Shown here in pieces: positions 31,886-44,577 of a DNA stretch of 64,000 bases. Within the stretch, counting starts at the first letter, position 1. Every line of letters begins with the position of its first letter. Origin of the DNA: the human T2T-CHM13v2.0 reference genome, Homo sapiens; the NCBI RefSeq assembly GCF_009914755.1, contig NC_060927.1; one strand, given 5' to 3'. Position numbers and translations under genes: made by a program. Under the pieces are notes generated by a model that saw only the letters and a list, made by a program, of their open reading frames with translations, ran no database searches and was not told the DNA's origin.

Positions 31886-34596
31886 TAACCAACATGGGAA
31901 CCAGATCATACCACATAATACCTAAATGTTCTGTGGTACAGTGATATTGACTAAAATGAATTTGGAGGTCCTTTAATTCTATAAATTCAATGTTAAACTT
32001 GTTCAATATTTGCGAAGTAAGATATACCTGTAATCATGAAAACATTCCACTTGTTTCATTGCAGGAAAAAAAATTAGTAATGCATATAGAACATTTTCTA
32101 AGTAGACATCTAATTTGTGATATACATTGAAGGATATTTGTTTATAGAATTTTTTTGTTAAAAATTAGAATTAAGGATTTAGAACCTAAATACTTTATTA
32201 CAGTTAAAGACTTCTGTGGTCTTTCTTTTTTTAAAATAAGGGAAAACTCAAGTAGGAATAAATTATTTTAATGCAATAATAAAAAAATTATTTTTAATTA
32301 TTCATATATAAGAAAAAATTCAAAACAAAATCTGTATAGACTTACTTTAATCACATTGATTACGTTTAAATACATTTAAAATTCCTTATTTCTTGTTTAG
32401 TAGCAACCCAACTAAAGTTCCTGTGCATATTTTTAATGTGCTGCTAGATACGGATAAACAAATCAATGATGCTGCCATAAACTTCACTGGGGAAGTTCTT
32501 GGTTTCAGCTAAAGTGATTTGTCATCTAAACACTAAAGTTCCATTTTTGGTGGAGTCTATGGTCAGATATAAAAAACTACTTAAAAGACAAGTAGCTGAT
32601 CACTATTACACTTTTACCAATTTTAAATTTGGTAAATCCCAGAGAATCAAATTCATTCACTGAGATAAGTGATTGACAAATACTTTAAAAATCCCAGAAA
32701 ATTTCTCCAAAGTGTCACTAAAACCAGAATGCTAAATAATAGTACCTCTAACAACAATAATGAACTCTTCCTACCAGTTAGTACACTATAAAGTGAGAGT
32801 TTTGTCTTATTAGCGTCAGAGAGCTCTGAAATGAAATGACTCTATGAGCCTTAAAAATTTCTTGGCACAGGACAATAGTTCCTTGTCATCTACACGGTAA
32901 ATCAATGTTATATAAATCAGACATCACAAATTCAAATGCTGGTGAGTCCTGTCCTATGATACAAATGAAGAAACAGACATGAGACAGAAGAGGCAATTAA
33001 AAACTTCAAAGTACACTGTTTAAAGGCTACTGCCATTATTCAGCTTAAGCTGACTATTATCATGCAGAAACATGGGTCCAGTATTGTTAGACATGGTCTT
33101 TAAGAAAAGTTGCTAACCTGAAATTTTATAAAAAATGTCCAATTTTGAAAATGTTATGTTGAACAAATATAACACCTCCATAGGTTTCATACTAATTATA
33201 TGACCTATGGATATATTATATTTTAAATAACTCAATATTTGAAACATGTATTGAGACCACAGGATTGAAGCAAGAGAAAATCTAGGAATAAGAGACAGGA
33301 AAAAATTTGCTCCAGTAGAGAAAGTTGGTCCCAAGGGCTAAATTTGTATTAAAACAGGGAGAAACTGATGAGAAAAAGCAGGAATTGAATTTGTGGTAAA
33401 GAGCTAAGTGTCAGGTAAAGGTAGATTTCTTGAAATTATATTTTGTTGGATTTTGGAGTCCAGTAATCCTGGCTTCTGCTACTTACTTACTTACATAAGC
33501 TCTTTTATTTTGGGCATATTAATTCAATTTCATAACTGACTTTTCTTATTTGTAAAATGGGAATAATTAATTCAGCTTCCTGGAACTTTATAAGATTATG
33601 AAAAAGAAATGTTATTAATACCCAAAAGTAACAACAAGAATGTCTGCTACAGAAGATAGACTTGAAGGTTGTTAACCCATCTTTTTCTATCTTTTGTTGT
33701 TTGCTCTTATTTACTTTATGTCTGGAATTATGGAAAGTGGTTTGCAACAGGAAATATAAATCAATGATTTAGTTTGCATGCAAAATAAATAGGAGTTTAA
33801 GAAATAGCAAGCTAATATTCATAACTAACCATTGTACTTTTTCTCCTGAATAGCCATTCAAATAAAGAAATAATAAACAGGCATTCAAGTGATAAACCTG
33901 GACAGTGGTCATCACTATATGGGCACTGGCAGGGAGCACAAGAGATACAAAAACTGATTGTAGATTTTGCAAACTTCAGAAACTTGCTTACAGTATCATT
34001 TTCACTAATATAAAAAGAGCACATTTTAATTTATAGGAATTTTAAAAATATGGGTCCTATAATTTAATAATGTATGAAGGGAAAAGTGGGCCAGGTAACG
34101 CCTAAACACACAATGAGTTCTGTTATAGAATTGGGAAGCCTATGATTAGAGAACCCAAATCTTTTATAGTAGACAGTAAACCTGCCTGATGTTTGCTCCA
34201 AAAGGATATGTTATCTTTATTATACTGGACAGTAAACAAATCTGCCCTTTCTTCTACAAGGAAATACTACCTCTATCTTCCAAGTGTCTTCACTATACAA
34301 ACATACTTGAAAATATAGGTCAAAACAAAAGCAGTCAGTATTTCGATAGACATGCAGAAATGACAGATTTGACAAAAGACATACACAAACTGGAGAATTA
34401 TTTACCAATATTCTCCCATTAATAACTCTATCACACAATATAACTGTACCCAACTTTTATTATTGGTAGTCTTCTGAATTTCTCAATAATTATTTTTCTC
34501 TCTCCACTATAGAAAATAAAAATAATAGGTTTTATAACCATGGAGCATCATATCTTTAGTCCCTACTTTTCTGACTCCGTGTATAACATTGAGGAT

Positions 34597-35047
34597 TGTG
34601 AAAGGAAAATAAATTTGGGGGCCTCAAAATCACTAAGCTAAAGGAAAAAGTCATGCTGGGAACCGCTTAGGGCAAACTTGCCTCCCATTCTATTCAAAGT
34701 CATCCATCTGCTCACTGAGATAGATGCATATCTGATTGCCTCTTTTGGAAAGGCTGATCAGAAACTCACAAGAATACAACCATTTATCTCCCAACTACCT
34801 GTGACCTGGAAGCCCCCTCCCTGCATCAAATTGTCTATCCTTTCTTCACAGGACCAATGTACATCTTATGTATATTGATTAGTGTCTCATGTCTCCCTAA
34901 AATGTATAAAACCAAGCTGTACCCTGACCACCTTGGGCACATGTCATCAGGACCCCCTGAGGCTGTGTCACAGGCACACATCCTCAACCTTGGCAAAATA
35001 AACTTTCTAAATTAACTGAGATCTGTCTCAGATATTTGGAGTTCACA
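34597..35047 (+). mobile_element. MER4A-like ERV1 solo LTR with 4-bp TSD
   Basis: tgtgaaaggaaaataaat...cactaagctaaagg...aataaac...gttcaca; TSD ggat at 34593-34596 and 35048-35051. Confidence 0.88.
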
Positions 35048-36934
35048 GGATTAAATAGTAAACTAAGCAAATCTTTGGCCTAAGGTGGCTCGTAGTCAAG
35101 AAAAGGAGCTAGATATGTAGGTAAGTCATGAATTGTATTGTAAAAGAAGTGCATACAAGGTTAAAACAGTAGAAAGGAAGCACTCGGTTTTGCGTAAGAG
35201 GCCCCTCTCTGCATGGTTCTCTATCTAGAAAAGCAGACTCTTTGTTTTTCAGAGGAGGTAAATTTCAAGCTGTGTTTTGAAGGATAAGTAGGTTTTTAGT
35301 AAATAAGGTAGAGGGATGGGATAGGAAAAAAGGTGCAGGCAATAGAAACAGACAAGACGTGCTTTAAGAAAAAGCACGATACATTATAGGATTTGTAAAG
35401 GCTTGTTATATTTAGAACATATGGTAAGTATGACAGGATAGAAAATGATTCTGAAAATTATAGGCATGCTGCATCACAAATGACATTCCATTGTAAGGTA
35501 TGTGGACTTCGATCTAAGATAGCAGAAACCAATAAAAATTTAAGTAAGTATATCAATTTGATATGACACTACCACTTTCCAGCCCAGGGAGAGTAATGGC
35601 GATTCCTTATTCTGTATATGCATGGCCCTTTACTTGATGCACAGATGTTAATAAAAACTACAAGAGATAATTTCTTATTCTTCTTGAAATCTAGTTCAGA
35701 AAAATTATAGTGCATTCTGATAGCAAAAAAGGAGGTGGAGAATTTTGCTTGCAATTAAGTATTCAATAAGCTGGTTCATTCACACATGGTTGGAAAAGGT
35801 AAAATACTTAAGGTTTCTGACAATTTAATCACAGTAGCACTGGCTTGCAATGGTAGTAGGAGTGGTAGGCCAAAAAGCCTATTCTAGTTGACTCGGACTA
35901 GTCAAGGTTTACTGTCAATGAGCCCTTCGCTATATAGGGTTAGTTGAGTGTATTTCTGACGTTTATTTTGGAGTGGTCAGGCAAGGTATTGAAAAGGCAA
36001 CTCAATGATATCAAAAGTGACCAGATGTTTAGGGATTATTTTCCCCAAATGCATCAAGTATATGCAGACATTCAGGGAAAAATATTTTTTTAGGAGAAAC
36101 AGAACAAACAACAACAACAAAAAACTGCACCTATCCTTTAAAGAGCACCCTTGAAAAATACTAGTTGTCATTTTTGAGCACATGCAATGTTCAAGACACT
36201 AAAAGAGTGATGAGTTTTATATATATTTAATGTAATTATTGATATGGCCAAAACAAAATAGGTATGGTTTTTTACACTTTTTTTTTTTTTACAAATGACA
36301 AAACTGAGACACAGGTGTTAAATTATCTTCTTCAAAGTCATAAAAGGACTAAATCAAGATTCAAAGATTCACAATAAGATAGTCTGCCTCCAGAGGCCAT
36401 ATTCTTAAAAGCAGTTACGTACTTAAATAGAAGACAATGATCACATTGAAATTTCAAACACTGTTGATAGCTATAATGTAAGCTATCAGCCACTTTACAA
36501 GTTGCTTGTTGATCGGCCCCTTTATTTCTAAGGCCTACAGTCTTTAATTTCTCTAGGGCAGAGTGTAAGAAAAAAAGACTTCTCTATTTGAAAGTGGGTT
36601 TTGCTTGGGAATTGTACAGAGAGACTCCTTACCAAGATGAGTTGTGACACAGAGCTGTTTGGTTTGGGGAACATCTCTGAGTTGCACTGTGGAAGTAGGT
36701 TTGGTAGGGATGGGCAATGTTATACACAAGGAGATTGGATAGTCTCTAAAGTGAAAAATCAATGTGTATTTAAAGAAGTTAGTGATAGAAATAGAAAGGC
36801 ACAAATTACAATCGGTATCTTGGCGATAAAACCAGAAAACTTAGTAATTAATTAAATTATGAATTTATAAAAAGAGTAAGTAGGTCCTGTGATGACTGGA
36901 AAAACTATGTTCTCAATGTAGAAGAGTTTCCTCA

Positions 36935-37360
36935 AAAGAAAGAGCAGGCTTCAGGTATTTCTGTTGCTGGATTTCTGTTGCCTGTTGGTAATCCAAGTAG
37001 AGGTGTCCAATGAGTAGCTTTTGAACATGTTCTTGGTGAAAGAGTAAAATCTAGGATGGATCTCAAATGGGTAGCCACAAGTCTATTTTGAGTGTTAGAA
37101 GCCATAGGAATGGGAAGATTACCTAGAAACAGGGTGCAGAATGAAGCAAAATAATTCTGAGGAGCTCTGAGGAATGTCCTGGTATCAAAAGAAGATGGGA
37201 ATGGATATTCATAGAGAAGAGATTGAAAATAGCATAGTTTCATAGACACCAAAGAGGTTTCTAAAAGCGAAATGCTTTCAACCAGGTTTGACTCTGATAA
37301 GAAGTAAAATTATTTTACTAATTGTGCCAAATATAAGATTGCTGGTGACCTTAGCGAGTG
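36935..37360 (-). mobile_element. L2 fragment
   Basis: Purine-rich degenerate L2 phrases (gcctgttggtaatccaagtagaggtgtc, gaagccataggaatgg, ggtgaccttagc). Confidence 0.4.
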
Positions 37361-37862
37361 GCTCCTACTAGTCCTTTAAAAGGCACTTGCTAAAGCCACC
37401 AACAGTCAATCTGTGTAAATATGAATTAAAAACGTAAGAAAGAATTAAATTACTCTTTCAAGAAGTAAAAGCATTAGGTAGAAGAATAATAATAGAGTTA
37501 TATCACTAGGGGACACACTGTCAAAGAATATTTTTGTTAGTTTTAGAGACAAAATATCTGAAAAATTTTTAGAGATGTGAAGAAGCGGTATAAAGTGGCA
37601 GTTTGAAATTAGGAAACATGATAATTTATGAAGCATAAAATGTCTTAGAATAGAGCTAGAACACTAATATTCCATTTTTTTCATATATGTTTACATTATT
37701 ATCTCCAGTTTAAAGATGAGAAGGCAGAGATATGAAGCAAAAGACTCTAACAAAGGAACATACCAAAAAAAGTGTGAGAGAAAGAGAAAACCCAAATGTG
37801 AATTAAACCATTAAGGTTTGCTTTTCTATTATACAATGTGCTACAATAAGAATATAGGATTG

Positions 37863-38210
37863 TAGCCTGGGCAACATGGCAAAACCTCATCTCTACAAAG
37901 AAAAAAAAACACACATATATATATATATATATATACATACACACAAAATTACCTGGGTGTATGGTGGTACATACCTATAGTCACAGCTACCTGGGAGGCT
38001 GAGGTAGGAGAATCATTTAGCCCAGGAGACTGATGCTGAAGTGAGCTGTGACGATGCCACTGCACTCCAGCCTGGGCAACAGAGTGAGACCCTGTCTCAA
38101 ATATATATAAATATATATATATATAAATATATATATTTATATACAAAACATTTATATATAAAATTTACATATATATCCTTATATATTTTATATATAAAAT
38201 ATATATATGT
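37863..38210 (+). mobile_element. 5'-truncated AluJ with (TA)n expansions in linker and tail
   Basis: agcctgggcaacatggcaaaacc...ccactgcactccagcctgggcaacagagtgagaccctgtctc; (TA)n at about 37915-37936 and 38100-38208. Confidence 0.88.
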
Positions 38211-38921
38211 GAGTCAAGATTTGTATACTGCCATATGTACACACACACACATCATGCTGACAATATAAAACAACATACACGTTCACTTAACTAAAAAGTA
38301 TTTAGTTCAAACCACACTTCAAGAGAAATCAATTGTCACTTTCTCTTTTTGAGCCCCTATATGATTTAAATTTTCAATCAACTATATTTCTTCAAATTGA
38401 CTACTTTGATATTTGAAATTACTTAAATAAGCTTATATATGTGTACTCAAATAATGTTGGTCTTAAAATGATCACTATATATTTCAGTTTATTTGCTATG
38501 CAAATATTTGTAATCTATTATAGCCATTCTTCCAACAGCAAAAAATAAATATAAAACATACAATGGCCATTACATTATAGCTGCTCTTCTATACAGTAGA
38601 TGTGTATAAAAATGTATGTATCACCTTACATTAGTGGGTGCAGGGGACGTGGAGAGTAAGATGTACCACCATCTCCTCAAACAGCTTGCAAACTGATTTA
38701 AAAATATATATATACTCAGCATTTGTAGGACATTCTTTTCATCCCATTTTGTTTGCAAACAAGTTTATCTGCGTGACTTATCCAATGCCAGGTGTGGATA
38801 GGCTGCTAAATTTGCATTGATTTATTTAAAGTACTTTTTGTGATCAAATGCAGATATTTGCAAGAAGGCTAGCTGAAATGAAAATCTATTTGTAGCCAAG
38901 TAACAAAGTGAGGGAAGGCCA

Positions 38922-38977
38922 CATCCATGACTTTGACCTTATTAGCATGGTGTTCTGAACCACTCCATTAACTGGCC
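38922..38977 (-). pseudogene. Degenerate tRNA-Ile(AAT)-derived sequence (pseudo-tRNA or ancient SINE head)
   Basis: Minus strand ggccagttaatggagtggttcagaacaccatgctaataaggtcaaagtcatgg resembles tRNA-Ile GGCCGGTTAGCTCAGTTGGTTAGAGCGTGGTGCTAATAACGCCAAGGTCGCGG; T-arm lost. Confidence 0.4.
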
Positions 38978-41119
38978 ACAGAGATATTGATAAATATGCA
39001 CATATATAAAGACAGAGTGCCTAACATAATGTGTTCTAAACAGATTCTCCTATGAAGCAATTTGCATTTTCAAAAATATATGAATCTATTCATATTTTCA
39101 AAGTTGATAAGAAGATACTGTAAAAATATCCCTTTAACTTTCTACCAAATTAAATGCCAATGCAAATAAAATTGCTGAGATTTGAAACACAATAATCTAT
39201 GTTCTTTGTTTAGACAAAATGTAATCTCTATTATACAAAAATGAACACCAGATTTCTAGTAAATTATTTATGTTGACTGATACACATGATGGTCAGAGTT
39301 GGAGATACTGTCAAGCCAAAGCACCAGAATAAGAAATGGTATCAAGCACTATCAATAATGAGTTGCTTCCCTTTTAGGTTTCCATATTACTTTGTTCTCA
39401 TATATACTAGTAAATGTCCATGTTGTACTCTAATTTGTTGCTTACATTTTATGCCATGAAGGGATGAGTCTCTAAATAGCTGTACCATATCTTTGTCTTC
39501 TTGAAATTTCTGTCATTTTCCAATGTTTCTGCCTATAGTATATTTTCAGTTAATGCTAATTTTATAAGGCAGTGGATTAGTATTTCATTCTGTCTTTCTA
39601 TTATCATCATCAATAATCATAAGACATTATAATAGACCTTATACTTACAAAGACTGTAACAAAAACATATATTCACATATTAAGAAAATATTTATGGTGG
39701 AGGTTTCAGTTATATCAATCTGGTCTGATTTAGAAACTGATAATTATTTTTAGAGGTGCCTCCAATATGTTGCTTTTTTATTTTTTATTTTAACATATTC
39801 AGAAATAGATATCTTATTTAATCATTGTGTCAGTTATGATAAAGTTGTCTATTGCTGCCCCTAGAAGATAACTATTTGATCATTAATCCATAACTGGATA
39901 CTCATCCAGTCCTATATATTTCCTCCCACTGAGAGATTAAGTTGTCTTACTAAGATTTTGTTGTTAATATTTTTCTTGTTCTTTTTTTTTCTTTTTCCTT
40001 TTCTTTTTTATTTGGCTTAAAGAGCCATGTAATAACATGGATTAAACACAGAAATACATACATATTGACATCGCTGTAACTAATCAGGATAAGAACAACA
40101 ATACAGTTTTGTCTTTATTGATTAGAGACATTGGAAAGAGAACAAAGGTTAATTTAATGCAATATTGGTTAGGAGATTGGAAATATTTTTCTCTAAAGAC
40201 CATAAAGCCAACTATCATAATAGGATTCTCACTTTGCCTTAAAACAAGTCAGAATGAATCCATTCTATTTCACAAATGGCAACAAATCTCTTAGATTTAT
40301 TGTAATATTTTAGTCAAATAAACATCTAAAAACTTAGCACACAAAAGACTAAACATGAGGCATAAAACTGAAAACAGAAGTGTAAAAATAAATCAGAGCA
40401 ATTGTTCCCATCTCCATGGAATCTCAGGATTGCCAGGCCTTACAAGGTCCCTATGATGATCAGAGAGAGTAAAGTAATTCTCTAACTAAGCCTGCATGTC
40501 AAGGAAGTCACTTTACTCTGCCCACAGCCCAATTAACTAGCTTTGGATTCCAAGAGGTAATGATCAGCTAATTAAATTACCTTTGGATGATCAACAAGAA
40601 AACTGCTTCTACCACATTTACTCACCTCTTTTTCAGCAAGAATAATGCTTCATGATTTAATTGTAAACATCATTGACCTGATGGAAGGATCAGAGAAAAT
40701 TCCTTAAAAGATCTCAAAACTCATTACTATGGGTATTTTTTCCCTTGAAGTAAAAATGACAATCATTTGTTTAGGCCTACAAGGTGAACCTGGGACCAAT
40801 GGGAGAGGGTGTATAGACATAAATACGATATCCCACTTTAAAATCCAATTTTGACCAGTGAGGTGAGAAATAATGGAATACTGCTCACATTTCCTCCTTT
40901 TAAATGCAATCAATCTGGGTAAATGGGAAGAGGAGAATAGAACAGTTTTTTTTCCCTTCTTTGCATAGATAATGACTAATCATTATTTAAGTCCACTACC
41001 TGTATCAAAAACAAGCCTGTGATTCTTAATGCTATAATTCTTTACTTTCACTGGCTTTGCTTCTGTATTTTAAGGTAATTCTCATCATCATCAAAATTAT
41101 CATTATCAGCACCAATTCA

Positions 41120-41318
41120 CAATACAGTATTTATTGAATACTTACTATTTGCCAAACTATGCTAAATAATTAAAATGTAATATCTGGCTTAATTCATAAT
41201 TTACCATTGCTTTCTCCATTTTAAAATGGAAGAAATTGAGGCCTATGAAGAATAAATTGTAAATCTAAAAAATTGACTTGAACTCAGAATGATCCAAGAA
41301 CCTGATTTTTAACCACTT
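41120..41318 (-). mobile_element. MIR fragment
   Basis: tatttattgaatacttactatttgcca...ctccattttaaaatggaagaaattgaggcc...ttgaactcag. Confidence 0.6.
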
Positions 41319-44224
41319 CCCAAAAATATAATGTAAATGGCTGAGCTATATTATGAGGGGGAAAGGAAATTATAATTACATAGCTAAAAGTACAGTGTCT
41401 TCATACATAAGAAACTGTCAGAAAAAAAGGCAAGATATCCAAAATCCATTCTGTTTGTCTTTGTTTTAGCCTGTTAATGGTCTAGCATCTGTCACTTTTT
41501 GGCCAATTCTAATGAGAAGTTAAAATGATCTGTAATAATAAGTCACTGGATACAGAGTTAGATTTCTTTTAACTACAGACAATAGAACCCTCTAATACTT
41601 TACACTATTATAATGTGCATCCATATGTTATTCTAAAGAGCTTTAAAGGATAAAAACTGATCTGCTACGGAAAATTATATAAAGATTGCCAAACAAAACA
41701 CACGTGCTTTGACTCTAGAAGAGAGCATTTCCCAAGATATGTTTCTACTCTTTAGCTAAATGCTAAATATTCTCCATATATTCCTCCCAAAGAGGGAGAT
41801 TTAAGACAATAATTAATGTCTATTCTAGATCACACAATTTGGTTTATAGCTCCCAGGTGATGGCTAGAAAATGTGAAATTTATTTCTGCAGACCAAAAAC
41901 ACACTGAAAACACACTGATGACTGCAAATCTGTTTAGAGGGTAGAATGCAGCTAGTTGGAATGGAATAGGGTTGGAAAGTAGAGGGACATCTGGGATAAT
42001 TCAATGTAAGTTGTGTTCTTTCTAGAGAGGAATCCGAAATTGACTGGAAATTATTAAATCTAAAAGATGAATCACTATACATACCAATGTTCTTGTCAGA
42101 TTTTGTTCGTGTGTATTGAAAATCATAGTTTCATTTTAATATGTGAAGCTCTTTTTATAATACAATAATATAGGTTCAGCAGAATATTATATAAATTGAA
42201 CGAATCCCTCCAAATAGGAGTAACTTACTTAATAATTATGTGCAGAATTGAGAAATTACCTGCAAGCAGAAAAATAAACAGAACACTTCACACAGATTAT
42301 CCAGCAACAGCCTCCACATATGCACGCACACACACTCTCGAACTCTTCTAACATGGGCATGTATACACTCACACGTGAAAGTAAGAGATGCATATGTCAT
42401 TTCCGTTTTCTAGATTAATAGCTAAAAATATAAAATTGCAAATAAATGGACTACCATCTGGTAAGAAAGTAAGTACGATGATCCTAGGTATACCCTGTTC
42501 CTTGGTCTACATCATTAAACTATATTTCTTCCTTTTATTGGCTTCAATTACCTGTATTGCATCTTCTAAAGTGCAAGAATAAATACTTGTTTAGATGAGA
42601 GTTGGTGCTATTTTGTTTAGAAGAGTGAAAGCAGAGAGGCTTTATAATGCAGAATAAAATAGAGACAAACTTAAAATGTAACAGGCAGTTAGTGAGGAAT
42701 CCTGTTTTAGATAAGCTTATACTAAAAAAGTATACAGAAAATGATGCAGAGTTTTTCTCATTCTGTGTAGGATATTTTCATCTCTGTTATTTCAAATCTT
42801 TAACAATTCTAAGTGTTTCTAAAATCCCAAATGTAGCAAGTAAGGAGATTTTCAGTTATATAATAAACTTTTTCTTTCTCAGGGAAAAGTATTTCACTTA
42901 AATAATGTAAGGATGACAAGGAACATATAACAGTAAATAAAATATAGCAAACTAAGTATTTCTTATTTAACGGCATTCTTACTCTATAATAATCAGTCCT
43001 AATTTTTCTTCTATCAAACGATTTATGTAGTGTTATGAGCTCCACTTGGAAAGCTATTTTATCCATTTTATATTCTTCCAAGAAGTCTAGGAGCCTACTT
43101 AGGCATCTATAATCAGAAACATTGGATCTTGGCAAATTAGACTTAATAAATCCTCATTCTCTACTCACTAGAAAACAATCATGAAGGAATGAAAGAGTAT
43201 TGGCCTAAATCTCTGTCAAACCTCACCTTTAATTTGCAGGACCCTTGAGAAATGTGAAACTATCCTATAAGAGATTTGACTTTTTAGTCCAAGAAACATG
43301 AAAGAGACCAAAGTTGAATGTGCAGTCAAGGAGGGAGTGGAGGCCACTCTGGCAGGATGCACACCCACAAACACTTGTGAACAAAGTAAATATTGGTTCT
43401 AGGTTTTCTTTTTAGAGTTATTTGAGTATCTAGTAATGCTAGAAAATAATGAAGGTTTTCACATCAGCAAATGTTCAGGACAAAATCCTAGCTATCAAAT
43501 TAGAATTCACACATATACTCACGCACACATATATCAAGAAACTTGGTAAATGATGCTATTAGTTATTTAGAATTTATTTCTTGTTATTCTTAAATCAGAA
43601 TTATAGAATCTCTGAGCCAGGAACGTCATCAAATAAATTATCTATTTTATTTAACTTACAATCAATTTTCTCTTACCTCTAAAAATATATACTTCCAAAA
43701 CATCTCCTTTTTTTAATCTTTTTCGATTTTTACTGGTTAATTCCAGATTATATTTCCATCAAAAATTATTTTTCTTAAATTGATTTCAAAAAGAATCATG
43801 GGGAGAATGTATAGTACTCTCTTCACACAATAAGAAAGATGACTTTGACAGATGGTCCTTCTGTGTTTATTAGTAGGTGAAGCTGAGTTTGAACACCCAA
43901 GAGTTAAGAGCTGAAACTGAAGAATTCAGATGTTATCCAAAAATATCCTTCAGCCCAAACTCATTCCAATTTCCTACATTTTATTCTTTAACAATGTTTC
44001 TTCCAGAAAGATAATGGTATACTTTTCTGTCTTTAGTAAGTGCTAGATGAACCAAAAAGGAGTGACACATTATTGATTACAATCTGAATTTCTAATAAGA
44101 ACCCAAAGTTTACATTTAATTCAAAAATACCTAATCAAATAAAATGAATTAAGAATAAAACAGTTTTGTCATTATTTTCTGGTTATGAAAAATATAGAAC
44201 TTATAATGTCAGGCAAATTGACTG

Positions 44225-44577
44225 CAGGTGGCCCCCAATTTAAGATAGTTTGACCTAAGAATTTTCAGCTTTATGATGGTGTGTGAAGGTGGTATACATT
44301 CGATAGAAACTGTACTCTGAGTACTCATGCAACCATTCTGTTTTTCACCTTCAGCTCAGCATTTAATAAGTTATATGAGATATTCAATACTTTATTACAA
44401 AATCAGCTTTGTATTAGATGATTTTTTTCCCAATTGTAGGCTAATGAAAATGTTATGAATCACATTTAAGGTAGGCTAGGCTAAGCTATGATATTTGGTA
44501 AGTTAGGTGTATTAAATGCACTTAATTATATTTTATGATGGGTTATTAAAACTTCGTTATAAGTTGAGGAGCATCTG
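44225..44577 (-). mobile_element. MER47A (Tigger) DNA transposon relic
   Basis: Both degenerate termini (caggtggccccc...aagttgaggagcatctg+ta) and internal taggctaggctaagctatgatatttggtaagttaggtgtattaaatgca. Confidence 0.82.

Noticed and set aside
38922-38977. Functional tRNA gene
   Set aside because: The D-arm is degenerate and the T-arm/B-box (GGTTCGA) and acceptor 3' strand are missing.
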